Origin: Bythopirellula sp.
GTDB lineage: Bacteria > Planctomycetota > Planctomycetia > Pirellulales > Lacipirellulaceae
DNA: 64,000 nucleotides
Direction of reading: 5' to 3'
Assembly (NCBI GenBank): GCA_965216565.1
Contig: OZ244170.1
Span: 4,992,001-5,056,000, forward strand
The notes beneath the pieces were generated by a model that ran no database searches, was not told the origin of the DNA, and saw nothing but the letters and a program-made list of their open reading frames with translations. Positions 59,894 to 64,000 of this stretch are shown here, in pieces. The stretch's first letter is position 1; the number at the start of each line of letters is the position of its first letter. The translations under genes were made by a program, and so were the position numbers.

Positions 59894-60539
59894 CCTGTAA
59901 AACTAGGCAAAAGGTACTTTTTCAAAGAATTTAACAAAAAAAGCTTGCGGAGTCGGAAAGCCCCATTACAATACAACTCAGACGAAGAAGCTGGTGCAGC
60001 CAGCAATTAATTCACCACCCAGTAAAGTGTGATCTAGTGACTTCCTAACAAAACGAATTGCTCCCTTCGGGTAGAGCTATCGTTTTGTTTCTATTTGACG
60101 GCTTATTCCTCTTAGCTTGCCGTCCCTTCTGGTGCCTTGGTTTGCCCAGTTTTATGTCGTTACTTTCTGCGACTCCAAACAGGCCAAATCACTGACCAGT
60201 TTTAACCGCGATTTTGCCGAGACGGCAGAAGAGTCGTTGCAAGCTTTTTCCACTGAGGACCGTAAAGCCTCGGAGCACTTACTAGCTTTTTCAAACAGTC
60301 ACACAACACATATCAGTCGATTACGACTTTAGACCATTAGAGGTTTGTCTTATGAGAAATTGAGAGGTTCGTGCGAGTCGAGCACAACGGTGTGCGAAGT
60401 AGACGAGTCACGAATCGGGGTAGCAAGATCAGGGTCGCCAGGAGGATGACCTGCTATTTTTCGACAAGGAAGAACAACTAATTTTTGAATAGAAAGCAAC
60501 ACCTTCGGGAGTTGCAAACCTCTTACTGGAGAACATCAC

Positions 60540-61541
60540 ATGAGAAAATCTATAACACTTACAATCGCAGCTTTTTCTTTCGCAGTACTATTTGCTGCCA
60601 ACTCGGCCCAAGCCCAAAGCGTCAGCGTGTCTGGTCCTGTATCAGTAGCTGACACGCTCGGCAACATTGGTAACAACCTTGACCAGTATCAAATCTTCTT
60701 GAACAGCGACAGTGGAGCAAACGTCACGGCGTTTGAACTTACTGTGACTGGTAGCCTAGCACAGGCACAGAACTTCTCGTTTGGCAATCACGTTCCTTCA
60801 CCATTACTAGCGGATGTCACTCCGTTTGGTGCTGGTGCAATTGCCCAGGACTCGCACATTGTTCCAGGTCTAGTTATTCCTGGCGCGCCAATCCCACCAC
60901 CAACTGAAGGTCTAATTACTCCCGATGTTGGAGCTCCCGGTAGCGGTTTTGGTAGCGATCTAATGACGAATCCTGTTGCTGTCGCTGGTCCCGACCAGGC
61001 ACCTTCTGTTAACGCTTTGCAGATTGTTTTGGATCCAGGTACCTTCGCTATCTTGACTGGTGAATTTGCAATCGCAGGAAATTCTGATCCATTCGTATTC
61101 GACGAAGTATGTATCGGTTCCTGTAATACCAGTAACACTCCACCCGTAGTCACCGATCTGTTCGCTGGTGAAGACTGGGATCAAGAAACTCAAGCCTTCA
61201 ACGGAACTCCTGCTAGCTATCAGTTGCAAGCTACAGACGCCGAGGATGGTGACGACGATAACCTAAGCTGGACCCTGGACGGTTTCACGGGACCTTTCGA
61301 TGCTGGTGGAAACCCAATCGCTGGTGCTGGAAACGGCAACCAGACTGTCAGTTCGACTGGCTTGTTTGAATGGGACCCAACTGGATCGACCAACGGTTAC
61401 TACTTCGCAGCTGTAACTGTCGAAGACTCCGGTGCCCTGACCGATAGCGGTATCCTCCGCGTTCAAGTTCCTGAGCCAAGCACCATGTTGCTCGCTGGAC
61501 TGAGCCTGGTTGGTGTATTCGCTCGCCGACGTAACAGCTAG
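60540..61541 (+). CDS. PEP-CTERM protein: AQDSH/PPTEG domain plus cadherin/Ig-like domain
   Basis: GGAG RBS, signal peptide ending AQA, NTPPV..LQATDAEDGDDDNLSW..VTVEDSG and VPEP-TM-RRR. Confidence 0.9.
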   Translation: MRKSITLTIAAFSFAVLFAANSAQAQSVSVSGPVSVADTLGNIGNNLDQYQIFLNSDSGANVTAFELTVTGSLAQAQNFSFGNHVPSPLLADVTPFGAGAIAQDSHIVPGLVIPGAPIPPPTEGLITPDVGAPGSGFGSDLMTNPVAVAGPDQAPSVNALQIVLDPGTFAILTGEFAIAGNSDPFVFDEVCIGSCNTSNTPPVVTDLFAGEDWDQETQAFNGTPASYQLQATDAEDGDDDNLSWTLDGFTGPFDAGGNPIAGAGNGNQTVSSTGLFEWDPTGSTNGYYFAAVTVEDSGALTDSGILRVQVPEPSTMLLAGLSLVGVFARRRNS

Positions 61542-61581
61542 AGTCTTAGCACTCGGCTGATAAGGAAACTGATGTTTCTCG

Positions 61582-61619
61582 ACGCCCCTTCGCAAGCAAT
61601 TGCGGAGGGGTGTTTTTTT
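61582..61619 (+). terminator. Rho-independent terminator
   Basis: ACGCCCCTTCGCAA-gcaa-TTGCGGAGGGGTGT followed by a T run. Confidence 0.9.
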
Positions 61620-62095
61620 GTTGGGCAGCTCTTCGTAGGATGGCGATTAAGAATTCAGAATTGAAAATCAAGAACAGATTGGAGTGATTCGCTACGGTTG
61701 TTTACTCTGTGAAATCTCTAACAGAACAGTTGATTTCAATTCAACGACGCCTACTATGGAAGTAGAGGCAGATACGAAGAATCATTTGCCTTCCATTCTA
61801 TGAAAAGAATCCCAGGAACAGCTGGCTGTAAACACGAAATTTAGAGGTTTAGTCCCTCGTATCCACTTCGTTGCAGCTCGCTTTCGGCATTGGCATTCTT
61901 TCTTTCAGCACGGCCCGAATAGTGCGGTATTCATTGTTCGTGTGACTCAAGTCGAATGACAGCTCTGAGTTGCAACTAAGTCGAAAGTATTGTCTCAGCA
62001 CACCTATGCCCCGCTGTGTCCTTGCTTTTCATGCCTAGAGACACTGATAACTGCAATCACATCGTACAGAATAATAGCTAAGAGTCTCAGTAACT

Positions 62096-64000
62096 ATGAA
62101 TTTACAACTCATTTCTAGAGTAATTCTCACTTCAGTCGCGTTCATTGGTGCCATTCCATCTCATGCTGCCGACACGGTTGCCAGGCAATGGAATGAAGCT
62201 TTGCTGAATGCAATTCGACTAGATTTTCCGGCTCCGACCGTCCACTCGCGGAACCTCTATCACAGTTCTGCTGCGATGTACGATGCTTGGACGGTTTTCG
62301 ACAACACATCCGAGGGTATTTTCTATCAGCAGAAGCATACCGCACTAGATGTTGAAGCAGCAAGAAACGAGGCAGTCAGCTACGCCGCTTATCGAGTGCT
62401 GTCGCAGCGGTATACGCTGGCGGTTGATCCCAATGCATCACAAATGTTGTTCGACAACGTCATGTCCAGCTTGGGCTACGATCCGGGGGTTACGACAACT
62501 GTTGGTGATACGCCTGCCGCCATTGGCAACAGAATTGCGGAGCAAATCCTAAGTTCGCAGCTTAACGATGGCTCGAATGAGGCCAACGGCTATGCGGACG
62601 ATACCGGGTATGTACCCACTAACGATCCCATGATTGTAGATCACCCCTCAATTACAGGTCCAGGCGGAAATCCTCTGGCGAACCCCAACCGCTGGCAGCC
62701 TCTGTTTATCAATTCGGCTGTCACTCAAAACGGGTTACAGGGACAAGACTTGCAAGAATACATTGGCCCCCACTGGGGAAATGTCGAAACATTCGCATTG
62801 GGAAAGGTTGGCAACCCCCCAGGTCCACACAGTTGGTCGGCAATCGATCCCGGTCCACCTCCGGAGCTTAACGGGGTGGGAGACATTGAGTATCGACAAC
62901 AAACAGTTGAAGTATTGAGGTATAGCAATCTATTGGATCCCAATCAGGGAAACGGAACGCAACTGATTGACATTTCTCCTGCTAGCCAGGGGAACCGCAT
63001 CGTAGGCACTCAAAAGTTTCCTCTCAACCTTACCGGTAACGAAGGATATTCAGTGAACCCCTTTACCGGTCAGCCATACCAAGAGCAACTTGTGAAGCTT
63101 TCCGACTACGGGCGCGTGCTCGCAGAATACTGGGCGGATGGACCTGAATCGGAGACGCCACCCGGTCACTGGAATGTGATCGCCAACGAGGTGTCAGACA
63201 ATCCATTGCTTGAGAAGAAAATCAAAGGCAATGGCCCAGTGGTTTCAGATTTGGAGTGGGACATCAAGCTCTACGCTGCACTCAATGGTGCGGTACACGA
63301 TGCTGCTGTAGCAGCTTGGGGAACGAAGCGTGAATACGACTACGTCCGACCGATTACTAAGATTCGCTATCAGGGGGGCCTGGGACAATCTTCCGATCCC
63401 AACGACACGGCAACCTATCACCCAGATGGCTTGCCACTGGAAGCCAATCTTATTGAGGTGATTACTGCTAGTTCTATTGCTGAAGGTGGAAAACATCGCA
63501 ATGCGTATTTGAATGCCAATCGACTCTCCAACGGAGCTTTCGTCCCCAACCTGAATCTTACCGAGGCTCAAATGGTTGGAAAGATCGCAGTGAAAGCGTG
63601 GAATCATGAACCAATCGATCCCAACACGGAAGTGAGCGGAATTGAATGGATACTTTCAGAGAATTGGGTTCCTTATCAGCAGGACAACTTTGTTACGCCC
63701 GCGTTCGCGGCCTACGTATCTGGGCACAGCACTTTTAGCCGTGCTGCAGCCGAGGTGATGTCTTTATTCACCGGAAGTGAGTACTTTCCTGGTGGGTTGG
63801 GAGAATTAACTATTGGCATGAATGATTTCCTCGACTTTGAAATCGGACCCTCCAGTGACATCACTTTGCAGTGGGCAAAATATTCTGATGCTGCCGACGA
63901 AGCGGGGATTTCCAGACTCTACGGTGGAATTCATGTTGCTCCCGATGATTTTGCAGGCCGCATTATGGGTTCCACCATCGGTAAAGATGCATTCGCACTG
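62096..64000 (+). CDS. Secreted vanadium-dependent haloperoxidase-like (PAP2 superfamily) protein, 3'-truncated by the window
   Basis: Not in the ORF track (no stop in window). Hand translation gives MNLQLISRVILTSVAFIGAIPSHA-ADTVARQWNEALL..AMYDAW, WADGP..TPPGHWN, WGTKREYDYVRP, PAFAAYVSGHSTF and SRLYGGIH. The YVSGH motif was checked to be in frame with ATG 62096. Confidence 0.9.
   Translation, partial: MNLQLISRVILTSVAFIGAIPSHAADTVARQWNEALLNAIRLDFPAPTVHSRNLYHSSAAMYDAWTVFDNTSEGIFYQQKHTALDVEAARNEAVSYAAYRVLSQRYTLAVDPNASQMLFDNVMSSLGYDPGVTTTVGDTPAAIGNRIAEQILSSQLNDGSNEANGYADDTGYVPTNDPMIVDHPSITGPGGNPLANPNRWQPLFINSAVTQNGLQGQDLQEYIGPHWGNVETFALGKVGNPPGPHSWSAIDPGPPPELNGVGDIEYRQQTVEVLRYSNLLDPNQGNGTQLIDISPASQGNRIVGTQKFPLNLTGNEGYSVNPFTGQPYQEQLVKLSDYGRVLAEYWADGPESETPPGHWNVIANEVSDNPLLEKKIKGNGPVVSDLEWDIKLYAALNGAVHDAAVAAWGTKREYDYVRPITKIRYQGGLGQSSDPNDTATYHPDGLPLEANLIEVITASSIAEGGKHRNAYLNANRLSNGAFVPNLNLTEAQMVGKIAVKAWNHEPIDPNTEVSGIEWILSENWVPYQQDNFVTPAFAAYVSGHSTFSRAAAEVMSLFTGSEYFPGGLGELTIGMNDFLDFEIGPSSDITLQWAKYSDAADEAGISRLYGGIHVAPDDFAGRIMGSTIGKDAFAL

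Noticed and set aside
60175..60280. c-di-GMP-I riboswitch (GACCGTAAAGCCTCGG resembles GACGCAAAGCC)
   Set aside because: The GGCAAAC/GNRA P2 arrangement and the P3 features were not found.
61911..61926. Sigma54 promoter before the haloperoxidase (CGGCCCGAATAGTGCG)
   Set aside because: The spacing is right but the match to TGGCAC/TTGC is poor.
1..64000. CRISPR array, tRNA, rRNA, transposase or integrase
   Set aside because: No regularly spaced repeat-spacer array, cloverleaf, rRNA signature or recombinase motif was recognised.
51245..64000. Exosortase or PrsK/PrsR genes in the island
   Set aside because: No multi-TM exosortase or two-component gene is present in the window, so they would have to be encoded elsewhere.

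Overview
Chromosomal window from a GC-rich bacterium, most likely a planctomycete (Pirellulales-like). This is inferred from the BBP7-type beta-barrel, the Zn-ribbon SpoVG, the shortened PheT and the PEP-CTERM/dockerin-like proteins. Bases 1-50350 are mostly housekeeping and envelope genes: panB, TolC, a WYL regulator, tmk, folC, an S41 protease, an MMPL transporter, tal, ribD, csrA, spoVG, ispE, DUF368, a metal permease opposite a Zrg-like ABC/DUF3299 operon, an acyl-CoA ligase, and thrS-infC-rpmI-rplT-pheS-pheT. From about 51200 there is an accessory surface-protein island of nine consecutive PEP-CTERM genes. Seven of them carry eight copies of one domain I cannot assign, with near-identical mosaic DNA blocks and one apparent two-protein polyprotein. 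The island also holds a CRTAC1/ASPIC-UnbV protein and is followed by a vanadium haloperoxidase-like gene that the ORF track missed and that runs off the window end. Non-coding highlights are a candidate sigma54-driven structured sRNA (33651-33817), two more sigma54 promoters, a GGA-rich leader next to csrA, an AUC start for infC, and several families of REP/MITE-like palindromes, one of which lies in-frame inside folC. No tRNA, rRNA, CRISPR array, transposase or reverse transcriptase was seen. All assignments come from motif recognition by eye, not database searches.
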